Of a stretch of 64,000 nt of DNA, positions 10,001 through 19,337 are shown piece by piece. Origin of the DNA: an uncultured Alphaproteobacteria bacterium (GTDB lineage: Bacteria; Pseudomonadota; Alphaproteobacteria; Rhizobiales; Xanthobacteraceae). The notes beneath the pieces were generated by a model. It had not been told where the DNA came from. It ran no database searches and saw only the letters and a list, made by a program, of their open reading frames with translations. The first letter of the stretch is position 1. Every line of letters starts with the position of its first letter. The stretch lies in the NCBI GenBank assembly GCA_963788095.1, contig CAWBFP010000034.1, positions 25,540 through 89,539 on the forward strand, in the 5' to 3' direction. The translations under genes were made by a program, and so were the position numbers.

Positions 10001-10485
10001 ACAAGGACGAGTACGAGGTCGCCCGGCTGCATGCCGCGCACACGCTCGAGCAGGTCCGCAACGAGGTCGCCGGCGAGAACCTGCGCCTCCAGTTCCATCT
10101 CGCGCCGCCGCTGTTCGCCCGCAAGGACCCGACGACCGGCGAGCCGCGCAAGATGACGTTCGGCCCCTGGATGCTGAGCGTCTTCGGCGCCCTGGCAAAG
10201 TTCAAGTTCCTGCGCTCAACGCCGTTCGACCCGTTCGGCTACAGCGAGGAGCGCCGAAGCGAGCGCGCGCTGATCCGCGACTATGAGGCGATGCTCGACG
10301 AATTGCTGGCGAAGCTCACGCCCGAGAACCATCATCTGGCGGTTGCGCTGGCAGCCATCCCGGAGAAGATCCGTGGCTACGGCCACGTCAAGGCGCGCCA
10401 CCTCAAGGCCGCCAAAGCCGAGGAGGCGGTCTTGCTCGATCAGTTCCGCGCCGGCCCCGCGCCGCTGCTCAAGGCGGCGGAGTAG
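7012..10485 (+). CDS. indolepyruvate ferredoxin oxidoreductase family protein (fused IorA/IorB-type 2-oxoacid:ferredoxin oxidoreductase, ~1157 aa)
   Basis: TPP-binding and PFOR domains, 2x[4Fe-4S] motif (CEGCGDCGVKSNC ... CNKDYSCLKGFCPSF), characteristic N-terminus MTSNQVTLDDKYDL; start at internal Met of ORF 6877..10485. Confidence 0.85.
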   Translation: MTSNQVTLDDKYDLTKSRVFVTGYQAIIRATLMQRERDRRAGLNTAGYVTGYRGSPLGGLDQQFMRAAKVLVPNDVIFQAGLNEDLAATALWGTQQAELRGEGKYDGVFGIWYGKGPGVDRTGDVFRHANLAGTSKHGGVLALMGDDHTAESSTTAHQSEFHFVDVMIPILNPAGVQEIIDYGLYGWAMSRFTGAWVGLKCMHETVESTAVVDGSMERLRIVTPDDFQMPEGGLNIRLVDTILGMEARLQDFKRDAMLAFVRANKLNRYITSGGRNPKIGIITVGKSYLDVRQALDELGIDEVKCNDFGIRLYKVACPWPLSQRELKEFADGLDLIIVVEEKRSLIEVQVREELYGTANQPTCIGKKNETGDWLFPVKGALDPNDVAVCIGERVLRYGHNEAIAGHVARLREAQRALGEIGDVAQRIPYFCSGCPHNTSTVVPAGMRAYAGIGCHFMAQWMDRSTLGWTHMGGEGANWIGEAPFSKRPHVFQNLGDGTYNHSGYMAIRAAAAAGVNITYKILYNDAVAMTGGQRNEGGLTVPQIARQVAAEGAKVIRVVTDEPWKYPKDIDWPKGLTIHHRDELMAVQTALAEVPGLTVLIYDQTCAAEKRRRRKRGQFSDPDKRVVINDLVCEGCGDCGVKSNCVSVQPLTTEFGRKRRIDQSSCNKDYSCLKGFCPSFVTVHGAQLKKGEGVKEADDLPALPEPALPPLGKTYNIIITGVGGTGIVTIGGVLGMAAHLEGKAVGIIDQAGLAQKGGAVYSHMRLAGHPDDIHAIRVAAGGADLVLGGDMVVVGTKKVLAAIRNGTRTIVNLAEFLPGDFTRNADFSLPTERLKRAIVGGAGREATCFVDATRLAVALLGNSIGANIFLVGYAYQLGALPLSAAAIEEAIELNGEAVAMNKAAFRWGRRAALDQAAVEALVTPKAEAASDSRRLSESLDEVVDRRVAFLTDYQNERYASRYRSAVDKVRAVEAAKALGETGLAETVARYLFKLMAYKDEYEVARLHAAHTLEQVRNEVAGENLRLQFHLAPPLFARKDPTTGEPRKMTFGPWMLSVFGALAKFKFLRSTPFDPFGYSEERRSERALIRDYEAMLDELLAKLTPENHHLAVALAAIPEKIRGYGHVKARHLKAAKAEEAVLLDQFRAGPAPLLKAAE

Positions 10486-10567
10486 ACTTGCCTCGTGGCT
10501 CCATCTCCTGCAGGGCGAAGGGGCTGCGCCGCCCGGCATGTTGCAAACCGCATGACGCAATGCCTAC

Positions 10568-12118
10568 ATGGGCGATAGGGGCGCGTACGTTCCGCACGGT
10601 GATCGTTTGAGCCGGCCCGTTTTTCGATTTCTCGCTATCGCTCTCGTTCTTGCTTTCGCGCTTGCGCCCGCCGAGGCGCAGCGCGGTCGCGGCGCCGGGG
10701 CGCCGGCCGCGGAAGCGTCGGCGAGCTCTTCGCCCGGCGTCCTGTCGCTGCTCCCCGCCGACGCGGTCACCGAGCATGTGCTCGACATCGGCGGCAACCG
10801 GCTCGCCTACACCGCGAAGGCCGGGACCCTGTCGCTCTATGAGCAAAGCGGCGAGCGCTCGGCCGCGATTTTCTATACGGCCTACACCCTGAAGGATGCC
10901 GCTGAGACGCGGCCCATCACCTTCGCGTTCAACGGCGGCCCGGGCGCCGCCTCCGCGTATCTGCACCTCGGGCTGGTGGGGCCGCAGGCGATCGACTTCG
11001 GCGCGCCGCGCGACGGCGCCAATGCGCGGCTGCGCGACAACCCGGATAGCTGGCTGAAGTTCACCGACCTGGTTTTGATCGATCCGGTCGGCGCCGGCTG
11101 GAGCAGAGCCGCCAAGCCCGACAAGGCCGGCGAATTCTATGGCGTGCGCGCCGATGCCTCGGCGCTCGCCAAGGCGATTGCGCTCTATCTGGCGTACCAC
11201 GGCCGCACCGCCGCTCCGAAATTTCTTCTCGGCGAGAGCTACGGCGGCTTTCGCGCGGTCAAGGTGGCGCGCGCCCTGCAGCAGGAACAGGGCATCGTCG
11301 CCAGCGGCATCGTGATGGTGTCGCCGTTCCTGGAAGGTGGGCTGCACGGCGGCGCCAGCCGGTTCGCGCTCGGCGCTGCGCTGCAGTTTCCCTCGCTCGC
11401 CGCGGCCGAGCTTGATCGGCGCGGCCGGTTCACGCCGGAGGCGCTTGCCGCGGCAGAGCGCTTTGCCATGACCGAATATCTGACCACGCTCGCCGGCAAG
11501 CCGCCGGAGGGCGAGGCCGGCCGCGCCTTCTACAGGCGCGTCGCCGAGCTCAGCGGATTGCCGCTCGACGTCGTCGAGCGCACGCGCGGCTTCATCCGCG
11601 ATGCTTACGTCAAGCATGCGCGCGGCGAACGCCGCGAACTGGTGAGCCCCTATGACGCCGCCTCGGCCGCGCCCGATCCGTTCCCGGAGACGGAAGGCGC
11701 CGAGGGCAGCGACCACGTCCTCGACGGCTATCTGATGGCGCTCGCCGGCACGTTTGCCGCCTACGCGCGCGACAGGCTCGGCTTCAAGACTGAGATGACC
11801 TACACGCTGCTCAACCGCGAGGTCTCGGGCAAGTGGGACTGGGGCGGCGGGCGTTCGCAGGCAAGCGTCGCGCGCGACCTGCGCGAACTGCTCGCGCTCA
11901 ATCCCGGCTTCAGGGTCTTGATCTCCCACGGCCGCGGCGATCTCGTGACCCCGTATGGGGTGAGCCGTTACTTGCTCGACCATATGCCGGCGATCGGCGG
12001 CGAAGATCGTGCGCAGCTGAAAGTCTACCGCGGCGGCCACATGTTCTACCTCGAGCCGGACGCGCGCGCCGCCTTCACGGCCGACGCGGGCGCGTTCTAT
12101 CGCGGCGCGGGATTGTGA
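10568..12118 (+). CDS. secreted peptidase S10 (serine carboxypeptidase)-like protein
   Basis: Signal peptide (FRFLAIALVLAFALAPAEA), GESYGG nucleophile elbow; start may be the downstream TTG/Met. Confidence 0.55.
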   Translation: MGDRGAYVPHGDRLSRPVFRFLAIALVLAFALAPAEAQRGRGAGAPAAEASASSSPGVLSLLPADAVTEHVLDIGGNRLAYTAKAGTLSLYEQSGERSAAIFYTAYTLKDAAETRPITFAFNGGPGAASAYLHLGLVGPQAIDFGAPRDGANARLRDNPDSWLKFTDLVLIDPVGAGWSRAAKPDKAGEFYGVRADASALAKAIALYLAYHGRTAAPKFLLGESYGGFRAVKVARALQQEQGIVASGIVMVSPFLEGGLHGGASRFALGAALQFPSLAAAELDRRGRFTPEALAAAERFAMTEYLTTLAGKPPEGEAGRAFYRRVAELSGLPLDVVERTRGFIRDAYVKHARGERRELVSPYDAASAAPDPFPETEGAEGSDHVLDGYLMALAGTFAAYARDRLGFKTEMTYTLLNREVSGKWDWGGGRSQASVARDLRELLALNPGFRVLISHGRGDLVTPYGVSRYLLDHMPAIGGEDRAQLKVYRGGHMFYLEPDARAAFTADAGAFYRGAGL

Positions 12119-12145
12119 GGGCTCCTTCTCCCTCCCCTGGTGCCC

Positions 12146-12190
12146 GGGACATGGTGGACGGGTGTTCGGGGACATGGTGGACACTTGTTC
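12146..12190. promoter_or_regulatory. tandem imperfect 22-bp direct repeat GGGACATGGTGGAC(GGG/ACT)TGTTC x2, 250 bp upstream of acyl-CoA ligase/ABC operon
   Basis: Read directly; candidate regulator binding site. Confidence 0.3.
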
Positions 12191-12441
12191 GATCGATTTG
12201 GGTCGAGCAGGGGGAGCCGCAGCCCGTCAAAAGACTCGGCAGGGTCAGATAGGGTTAACGCGAGCTTTATGATGTGCGGGGCTCCGGCGGGGCGGCCGCG
12301 AACGGATTCGTCGCTCAAGTACCGGCTTGCGGAACGGTTCGTTTCCCTGCAAAGAGATGATGGCCGAAGGCCGGGGGACATGGGCCGCCGCGGAGGGTCG
12401 CTTGAGCGGTCGTCTGGGCGGGCAGAGAGGGAGACGCAACC

Positions 12442-14421
12442 GTGGCGAACATCGCCACCGTTCAACCGGACACGTTCCCGAAGCTGTTGATCCGCAACGC
12501 CGAAATCTTTGGCGCGCGGCCAGCCATCCGCCACAAGGATGTCGGTATCTGGCAAAGCTGGACCTGGGCCCAGGTGCTGGACGAGGTGCGCGTGCTCTCG
12601 GTCGGGCTCGACGCGCTCGGCCTCAAGCGCGGCGACAAGCTTGCCATCATCGGCCACAACCGGCCCCGACTGTACTGGGCGATGGCCGCCGGACAGGCGC
12701 TGGGCGCCGTGCCGGTGCCGCTCTACGTCGATTCGGTCGCCGAGGAGATGGCCTACGTCCTCGACCATGCCGAGGCGACGATCGCCGTCGTCGAGGATCA
12801 GGAGCAGGTCGACAAGGTCCTCTCGATCTCCGACCGGCTGCCGAAGCTTTCCCTCATCGTCTATGACGAGACGCGCGGCCTGCGCGACTATGATCACAGC
12901 CGCCTGAAATCGATTTCGGAGGTCCAGGAAATGGGCCGCGAGCGGCTGGCGAAGGACCCTGTCGCGCCGCAGCGCTGGCAAGCGTCGGTCGACGCGGGCA
13001 AGGGCGAAGACCTTGCGGTCATCCTCTACACCTCCGGCACGACCGGACGGCCGAAAGGCGTGATGCTCACCCACGAGAACGTCCTGGTCTCCGCCCGCAA
13101 CGGCAACACCTTCGACAATTTGACCGAGAAGGAGGAGGTGATCGCCTATCTGCCGCTGGCGTGGGTCGGCGACCACATCTTCTCCTATGCGCAGTCCTAT
13201 GTGGCCGGGTTTTGCGTCAATTGCCCGGAGTCGCCGGAAACCGTGGTCGAGGACCGCCGGGAAATCGGCACCACCTACGCGTTCGCGCCGCCGCGCATCT
13301 ACGAGAATCTGCTGACGCTCACGATGGTGCGGATGGAGGACGCGAGCGCGGTCAAGCGCCGCCTGTTCCACTACTTCATCGCAGTGGCGCGGCGCTGGGG
13401 CGAGAAAATTCTCAACAACGAACGGGTGCCGCTGCACGCGCGGCTGCTCTATCGGTTGGGGGAGGTTCTCATCTATGGGCCGCTGAAGAACCGGTTCGGG
13501 CTCTCGCGCATCCGGGTGGGATATACGGCGGGCGAGGCGATCGGGCCGGAGATCTTCCGCTTCTATCGGGCGCTCGGCATCAATCTCAAGCAGCTCTACG
13601 GGCAGACCGAAGCGTCGGTCTACATCACGGCGCAACCGGATGCCGAGATCCACGCCGAAACGGTCGGCAAACCGAACATCGACGTCGACATCAAGATCGC
13701 CGAAAGCGGCGAGGTGTTGTTCCGCTCGCCGGGCGTGTTCGCCGGCTACTACAAGGATCCCGAGAAGACCGCCGAGGTGAAGACGCCGGATGGCTGGGTG
13801 CACACCGGCGACGCCGGTTTCCTCGACCCCAAGACCGGTCACCTCAAGATCATCGATCGCGCCAAGGATGTCGGGCGCCTCAACGACGGCACGCTGTTCG
13901 CGCCGAAATACATCGAGAACAAGCTCAAGTTCTACCCCAACATCAAGGAAGCGGTGGCGCTCGGCGACAAGCGCGACTTCGCCTGCGTGATGCTCAACAT
14001 CGACCTGGTGGCGGTCGGCTCGTGGGCCGAGCGCAACAACGTGGTTTACGGCTCATACCAGGAGCTCGCCGGGCATCCGCAGGTCTACGACATGATCGCC
14101 GGTCACGTCGACGAGGTGAACCGCTCGCTGGCCGAAGAAGGCGTTATGGCCGGCGCGCAGATCCGGCGCTTCCTGATCCTGCACAAAGAGCTCGACGCCG
14201 ATGACGGCGAGCTGACGCGGACCATGAAGGTGCGGCGCGGGCTGATCGGGGAGCGCTATGCGGCCCTCGTGCAGGCGCTCTATGACGGCTCGCAGGTTGC
14301 CGACATCGCCACGCAAGTCACCTTCGAGGACGGCCGCAAGGGGACGATTGCGGCGCGCGTGAAGATCCGCGACGTGACAGTCGTTGCTTCCGCGCCGGCG
14401 GCGATGGAGCAGGCGGCGTGA
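12442..14421 (+). CDS. AMP-binding acyl-CoA synthetase (long-chain-fatty-acid-CoA ligase-like), first gene of ABC uptake operon
   Basis: AMP-binding motif ILYTSGTTGRPKGVMLTHENV, YGQTE, C-terminal ligase domain; GTG start. Confidence 0.85.
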   Translation: MANIATVQPDTFPKLLIRNAEIFGARPAIRHKDVGIWQSWTWAQVLDEVRVLSVGLDALGLKRGDKLAIIGHNRPRLYWAMAAGQALGAVPVPLYVDSVAEEMAYVLDHAEATIAVVEDQEQVDKVLSISDRLPKLSLIVYDETRGLRDYDHSRLKSISEVQEMGRERLAKDPVAPQRWQASVDAGKGEDLAVILYTSGTTGRPKGVMLTHENVLVSARNGNTFDNLTEKEEVIAYLPLAWVGDHIFSYAQSYVAGFCVNCPESPETVVEDRREIGTTYAFAPPRIYENLLTLTMVRMEDASAVKRRLFHYFIAVARRWGEKILNNERVPLHARLLYRLGEVLIYGPLKNRFGLSRIRVGYTAGEAIGPEIFRFYRALGINLKQLYGQTEASVYITAQPDAEIHAETVGKPNIDVDIKIAESGEVLFRSPGVFAGYYKDPEKTAEVKTPDGWVHTGDAGFLDPKTGHLKIIDRAKDVGRLNDGTLFAPKYIENKLKFYPNIKEAVALGDKRDFACVMLNIDLVAVGSWAERNNVVYGSYQELAGHPQVYDMIAGHVDEVNRSLAEEGVMAGAQIRRFLILHKELDADDGELTRTMKVRRGLIGERYAALVQALYDGSQVADIATQVTFEDGRKGTIAARVKIRDVTVVASAPAAMEQAA

Positions 14422-14509
14422 GCCAGCTTGCCCCATACCTCACCCTGGTGACCCCAACCCGATCTCGCTCCGCGCGGTCGGCCCTCCGCGTCCAGGGGAG
14501 GGACAAGGG

Positions 14510-15325
14510 ATGCGGGTCGGCTCGATGAGGGCCCCGACCGAGCGCGACGCCGCCGCCGGCGAGGTGCTGCTGTCGGTCGAGAAGGTGTCGCTTGCGTTCG
14601 GCGGCGTCAAAGCGCTCACCGACGTTTCCTTCGATATCCGCAGAAAGGAAATCCGCGCCATCATCGGCCCGAACGGCGCCGGCAAGACCTCGATGCTGAA
14701 CGTGATCAACGGCTTCTACCATCCGCAGCAGGGCCGCATCACCTTCCGCGGGCAGACGCGCTCGCGGATGCGACCGCACGAGGCCGCGCGCGGCGGCATC
14801 GCGCGCACTTTCCAGAACGTCGCCCTGTTCAAAGGGATGACCGCGCTCGACAACATCATGGCCGGGCGTTCGCTGAAGATGCACAGCGGCTTCCTGTGGC
14901 AATTGCTGCGCTACGGCCCTGCGATGGCGGAGGAAGTGGAACATCGCCGCCGGGTCGAAGAGATCATCGACTTTCTCGAGATTGCGCATATCCGCAAGGT
15001 GCAGGTCGGGCGACTGCCCTACGGGCTGCAGAAGCGCGTCGAGCTCGGCCGCGCGCTTGCCATGGAACCCGATCTGCTGCTGCTCGACGAGCCGATGGCC
15101 GGCATGAACCTCGAGGAGAAGGAGGACATGTCGCGCTTCATCATCGACGTGAACAACCAGTTCGGGACGACGATCGCGCTGATCGAGCACGACATGGGCG
15201 TGGTCATGGATTTGTCCGACCGCGTCGTCGTGCTCGACTACGGCAGCAAGATCGCCGACGGCACGCCGGACGCGGTTAAGAGCGACCAGGCAGTGATCGA
15301 CGCTTACCTCGGCGTGGCGCATTGA
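14510..15325 (+). CDS. ABC transporter ATP-binding protein (LivG-like, branched-chain amino acid/HAAT family)
   Basis: Walker A GPNGAGKTS, signature/Walker B (LLLLDEPMAGMN); strong RBS aggggagggacaaggg before ATG 14510. Confidence 0.85.
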   Translation: MRVGSMRAPTERDAAAGEVLLSVEKVSLAFGGVKALTDVSFDIRRKEIRAIIGPNGAGKTSMLNVINGFYHPQQGRITFRGQTRSRMRPHEAARGGIARTFQNVALFKGMTALDNIMAGRSLKMHSGFLWQLLRYGPAMAEEVEHRRRVEEIIDFLEIAHIRKVQVGRLPYGLQKRVELGRALAMEPDLLLLDEPMAGMNLEEKEDMSRFIIDVNNQFGTTIALIEHDMGVVMDLSDRVVVLDYGSKIADGTPDAVKSDQAVIDAYLGVAH

Positions 15326-15335
15326 GAGGGGCCCG

Positions 15336-16448
15336 GTGGACCTGCTCTACAAGATATTCATCGACCCGTTCGTGCAGATGGGCACGGCGCCCGACCTGTT
15401 GGTGCAGACCTTGTGGGAAGGGCTGGTCGGCGGCGTGCTGTACGCGCTGATCGCGCTCGGCTTCGTGCTGATCTTCAAGGCCTCAGGCGTGTTCAACTTC
15501 GCGCAAGGGATCATGGTGGTGTTCGCGGCGCTCACCCTGGTCGGCCTGCACAACAGCGGCTTTCCGCCGCTGTTGAGCCTCATCCTGATTGTCGGCGGGA
15601 TCGGCTTTGCGGCGTGGCGCTTCTACCAGGACCGTGCCCTGCTCGATCCCAACAAGCTGATCGCGCTCGCCGTGGCGGCGTTCGGGCTGTTCGCTTTCTT
15701 CTTCCTGACCCGCAGCGTCCCGGCCTTCATCGCGCTCGCGGTCACCGTCGGCGTGATGTTCGCGCTCGCGGTCGGCATTGAGAAGGTCGTGCTGCGCCCG
15801 CTGGTCAACCAGCCGGACATCATCCTGTTCATGGCGACCTTCGGGCTCACCTATTTCCTCATCGGCCTGGGCGAGCTTGTGTTCGGCGGCGAGCCCAAGG
15901 TGATGATCGCGAACGAGCTCTACCTCCCGAAGGGGTCGGTGGAGTGGAAGGTGCTGGGCGGGTTCGTCTCCTTGCAGAAGATCGACATCGCCGCCGCGGC
16001 GATCGCCTCGATCATGGTGGCGGTGCTGGCGGTCTTCTTCCAGAAGACCCGCATCGGGCGCGCCCTGCGAGCAGTCGCCGACAGCCACAAGGCGGCGCTG
16101 TCGGTCGGCATCTCGCTCGAGCAGATCTGGGTGATCGTGTGGTTCGCGGCCGGCATCGTCGCGCTGGCGACCGGCATCATGTGGGGCGCGCGCTCGGATG
16201 TATCGTTCGCGCTGCAGATCATCGCGCTCAAGGCGCTGCCGGTGCTGATCCTCGGCGGCTTCACCTCGATCCCCGGCGCGATCGTCGGCGGCGTCATCAT
16301 CGGCGTCGGCGAGAAGCTCGGCGAGTTCTACTGGGGGCCGCTGCTCGGCTCCGGGATCGAGAGCTGGCTCGCCTACTTCATCGCGCTGGTGTTCCTGCTG
16401 TTCCGGCCGCAGGGCCTGTTCGGCGAGAAGATCATCGAGCGAATCTAG
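15336..16448 (+). CDS. HAAT-family ABC permease (LivH-like)
   Basis: 370 aa polytopic membrane protein, LivH-type conserved region. Confidence 0.85.
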   Translation: MDLLYKIFIDPFVQMGTAPDLLVQTLWEGLVGGVLYALIALGFVLIFKASGVFNFAQGIMVVFAALTLVGLHNSGFPPLLSLILIVGGIGFAAWRFYQDRALLDPNKLIALAVAAFGLFAFFFLTRSVPAFIALAVTVGVMFALAVGIEKVVLRPLVNQPDIILFMATFGLTYFLIGLGELVFGGEPKVMIANELYLPKGSVEWKVLGGFVSLQKIDIAAAAIASIMVAVLAVFFQKTRIGRALRAVADSHKAALSVGISLEQIWVIVWFAAGIVALATGIMWGARSDVSFALQIIALKALPVLILGGFTSIPGAIVGGVIIGVGEKLGEFYWGPLLGSGIESWLAYFIALVFLLFRPQGLFGEKIIERI

Positions 16449-16625
16449 CGAATAGCGAATAGCGAATGGCGAATAGTGAATAGTGAATAGTGAATAGTGG
16501 AGGGAACGAGTGGTGGACGCGAATCGGCAAGTTGGAACTTCAACAATGATCTACTCACTACTCACCACTCACTACTCACCACTCGCTATTCGCTATTCGC
16601 CATTCGCCATTCGCCATTCGCCAAG
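16446..16625. repeat. ~180-bp imperfect hairpin built from heptamer repeats (AGCGAAT/GGCGAAT/AGTGAAT x8 on left arm; complementary ACTCACT/ATTCGCC heptamers on right arm)
   Basis: Read directly: tagcgaatagcgaatagcgaatggcgaatagtgaatagtgaatagtgaatagtgg ... ctactcactactcaccactcactactcaccactcgctattcgctattcgccattcgccattcgccattcgcc; fills the livH-livM intergenic gap. Confidence 0.8.
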
Positions 16626-16633
16626 GTGAAGCG

Positions 16634-17710
16634 ATGCTCTACCGCGAAGCCGGCCAGTACAAGACCAGCTATCAGGCCGATCAGTCGGTATTCCCGATCC
16701 TGCAGGACCGGATCGGGCTGGTCGTCATCCTGGTGATTGCGTTTGCGGTCGTGCCACTGACGATGTCGAGCTTCGCGCTGTCATCGATCATGATCCCGGT
16801 GTTGATCTTTTCGCTCGCGGCAATCGGGCTCAACCTGTTGACCGGATACACCGGCCTGCTCTCACTCGGCGCCGCCGGCTTTATGGGGGTCGGCGCCTAC
16901 GCCTGCTACAAGCTCACGACCTATTTTCCAGGCGTCAACATCTTGGTCTGGATCGTCGCCTCCGGCTTCTTCGCCGCCGCGGTCGGGGTGGTGTTCGGGC
17001 TGCCCTCGCTGCGCATCAAGGGCTTCTACCTCGCGGTGGCGACGCTGGCGGCACAGTTTTTCCTGTCCTGGTGCTTCGTGCGCTTGCCGTGGCTCGTCAA
17101 CTACAATGTCTCCGGCGCGATCGAGGTGCCGACCCGCACCCTGTTCGGGGTGCCGGTCACCGGGCCCAACGCCACGCCGATGACCCGTTATCTCGTAGTG
17201 CTCGGCATCGTCACGCTGATGACCTGGGTCGCATCCAACCTGGTGCACGGCCGCATCGGCCGGATGTGGATGGCGGTGCGCGACATGGACATCGCGGCCG
17301 AGCTGATCGGCATCAAGCTCTATCAGACCAAGCTGCTCTCCTTCGCGGTTTCCTCGTTCTACTGCGGCGTTGCCGGCGCCATGATGGTGTTTCTGTGGCT
17401 CGGCGCCGCCGAGGCCGACAGCTTCAACATCAACCAGTCGTTCCTGATCCTGTTCATGGTCATCATCGGCGGGCTTGGCAGCCTGATCGGGTCCTTCTTC
17501 GGCGCGGCGTTCATCTGGGGGCTGCCGATCGTGCTGCGTGCGATGCCGGAGTTCTTCGGCGTCGCGATCCACGCCGCCACCGTCGAGCACTTGCAGTTCA
17601 TGATCCTGGGCGCGCTGATCATCTTTTTTCTGATCGTCGAGCCGCACGGCCTTGCGCGGCTGTGGCAGATCGCTAAGCAGAAGCTCAGGGTGTGGCCGTT
17701 TCCGTACTGA
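16634..17710 (+). CDS. HAAT-family ABC permease (LivM-like)
   Basis: 358 aa polytopic membrane protein, LivM-type. Confidence 0.85.
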   Translation: MLYREAGQYKTSYQADQSVFPILQDRIGLVVILVIAFAVVPLTMSSFALSSIMIPVLIFSLAAIGLNLLTGYTGLLSLGAAGFMGVGAYACYKLTTYFPGVNILVWIVASGFFAAAVGVVFGLPSLRIKGFYLAVATLAAQFFLSWCFVRLPWLVNYNVSGAIEVPTRTLFGVPVTGPNATPMTRYLVVLGIVTLMTWVASNLVHGRIGRMWMAVRDMDIAAELIGIKLYQTKLLSFAVSSFYCGVAGAMMVFLWLGAAEADSFNINQSFLILFMVIIGGLGSLIGSFFGAAFIWGLPIVLRAMPEFFGVAIHAATVEHLQFMILGALIIFFLIVEPHGLARLWQIAKQKLRVWPFPY

Positions 17711-17850
17711 TGGTGCAGACTACGCCTCAAATACCGGTCCCCGCCACGCATGGCGCGGCGACCGGAACCAGGTGCGAGCGGCGGCTGCCGTTCGGCCGCA
17801 AGCAAGAAGGTTGCAATCGCAGCCGACGCTACTCCAAGGGAGAGACACGA

Positions 17851-19185
17851 ATGAAACTGAAACACCTCGTTATCGGCGCAACCGTGCTGGCCATGGCGGG
17901 TATTCCCGTTCTTGCCGGCAAGGCCTTGGCGCAGGACACGATCTACGTGCCGCTGCTGACCTACCGGACCGGACCGTTCGCCGGCTCCGGCATCCCGATC
18001 GCCAATGGGATGAGCGACTATCTCACCATGCTCAACGAGCGCGACGGGGGGATCGGCGGCGTCAAGATCGTCGTCGAGGAATGCGAGACCGGCTACGACA
18101 CCAAGAAAGGCGTCGAGTGCTACGAGCAGGTCAAGGCGAAGAAGCCGGTGGTGATCAACCCGTACTCGACCGGCATCACCCTGCAGCTGATCCCGAAGGC
18201 CGCGGTCGACAAGATTCCGGTGCTGTCGATGGCCTACGGCCTTTCGGCCTCCGCCGACGGGCAGAACTTCCCGTGGATCTTCAACCCGCCGGCGACCTAC
18301 TGGGATGGTCTCTCCATGATCATCAAGTACATCGCCGACAAGGAAGGCGGGCTCGACAAGCTCAAGGGCAAGACCATCGGCTACATCTTCTTCGACGGCG
18401 GCTACGGCCGCGAGCCGATCCCGCTGCTCGAGCAGTTCGCCAAGGACTACGGGTTCACGGTGAAACAGTATCCGGTCCCGGCGGCCGAGATGCAGAACCA
18501 GTCGGGCCTCTGGCTCAACGTCCGGCGCGATCGTCCCAATTGGATGATCATGTGGGGCTGGGGCGCCATGAACCCGACGGCCGTCAAGGAGGCCGCCAAG
18601 ATCAACTATCCGATGGACAAGTTCATCGGTATCTGGTGGTCGGCGAGCGAGGACGACGCGCGCGGCGGCGGTGCCGATGCCAAGGGCTATCTCGCGCTCA
18701 ATCTCAACGGCTTGGGCGCCAACTACCCGGCGATCCAGGACATCGTCAAGCACGTGGTCGACAAGGGCAAGAGCCAGGTCGACAAGAGCAAGGTCGGCGA
18801 GGTGCTGTACAACCGCGGCGTCTACAACTCGCTGCTGGTCGCCGAAGCGATCCGCAACGCGCAGCGCATTACCGGCAAGAAAGTGGTCACCGGTGAGGAC
18901 GTGCGGCGCGGCTTCGAGTTGCTCAAGATCGACGCGGCGCGCTGGAAGGAACTCGGCCTCGAAGGCTTCGGCGCGCCGATCACCAATGTGTCGTGCAGCG
19001 ACCACAACGGCCATCATGCTGCCTACATGATGCAATGGGACGGCGCCAAGTGGGCGAAGGACTCCGACTGGATCATGCCCATGAAGGACAAGGTGCGCCC
19101 GCTCTTGGAAGCGGCTTCCAAGGACTACGTGTCCAAGAACCAGCCGTGGCCGCAGCGCACCGAACCCTGCGACCGCTCGTCGTAG
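17851..19185 (+). CDS. ABC transporter periplasmic substrate-binding protein (Leu/Ile/Val-binding protein family)
   Basis: Signal peptide MKLKHLVIGATVLAMAGIPVLAGKALA; type I PBP fold motifs; RBS aagggagag. Confidence 0.85.
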   Translation: MKLKHLVIGATVLAMAGIPVLAGKALAQDTIYVPLLTYRTGPFAGSGIPIANGMSDYLTMLNERDGGIGGVKIVVEECETGYDTKKGVECYEQVKAKKPVVINPYSTGITLQLIPKAAVDKIPVLSMAYGLSASADGQNFPWIFNPPATYWDGLSMIIKYIADKEGGLDKLKGKTIGYIFFDGGYGREPIPLLEQFAKDYGFTVKQYPVPAAEMQNQSGLWLNVRRDRPNWMIMWGWGAMNPTAVKEAAKINYPMDKFIGIWWSASEDDARGGGADAKGYLALNLNGLGANYPAIQDIVKHVVDKGKSQVDKSKVGEVLYNRGVYNSLLVAEAIRNAQRITGKKVVTGEDVRRGFELLKIDAARWKELGLEGFGAPITNVSCSDHNGHHAAYMMQWDGAKWAKDSDWIMPMKDKVRPLLEAASKDYVSKNQPWPQRTEPCDRSS

Positions 19186-19200
19186 CTGCACGCCCACCGA

Positions 19201-19236
19201 GTTCCCTCTCCCTCGCCCGCGGGGAGAGGGAGCCGG
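19201..19236 (+). terminator. GC-rich hairpin CCCTCTCCC-N9-GGGGAGAGGG immediately after SBP stop (candidate U-tract-less intrinsic terminator/attenuator)
   Basis: Palindrome read in sequence 16 nt after stop codon; no T-run. Confidence 0.35.
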
Positions 19237-19337
19237 TATTGATGGGCGCGTTGCGGGCGCGCGTCCGCCAACGCCCCGACCCGATTGCTTCACGAGCGCG
19301 GCCTTCCGCCGGCGGGGCGAGACGACAGGAGCCTGCG

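Noticed and set aside
16446-16625. Heptamer repeats as a coding low-complexity peptide (ORF 16497..16736)
   Set aside because: The repeat forms a DNA/RNA palindrome with stop codons in most frames and sits between two permease genes. The structure is nucleic-acid level.
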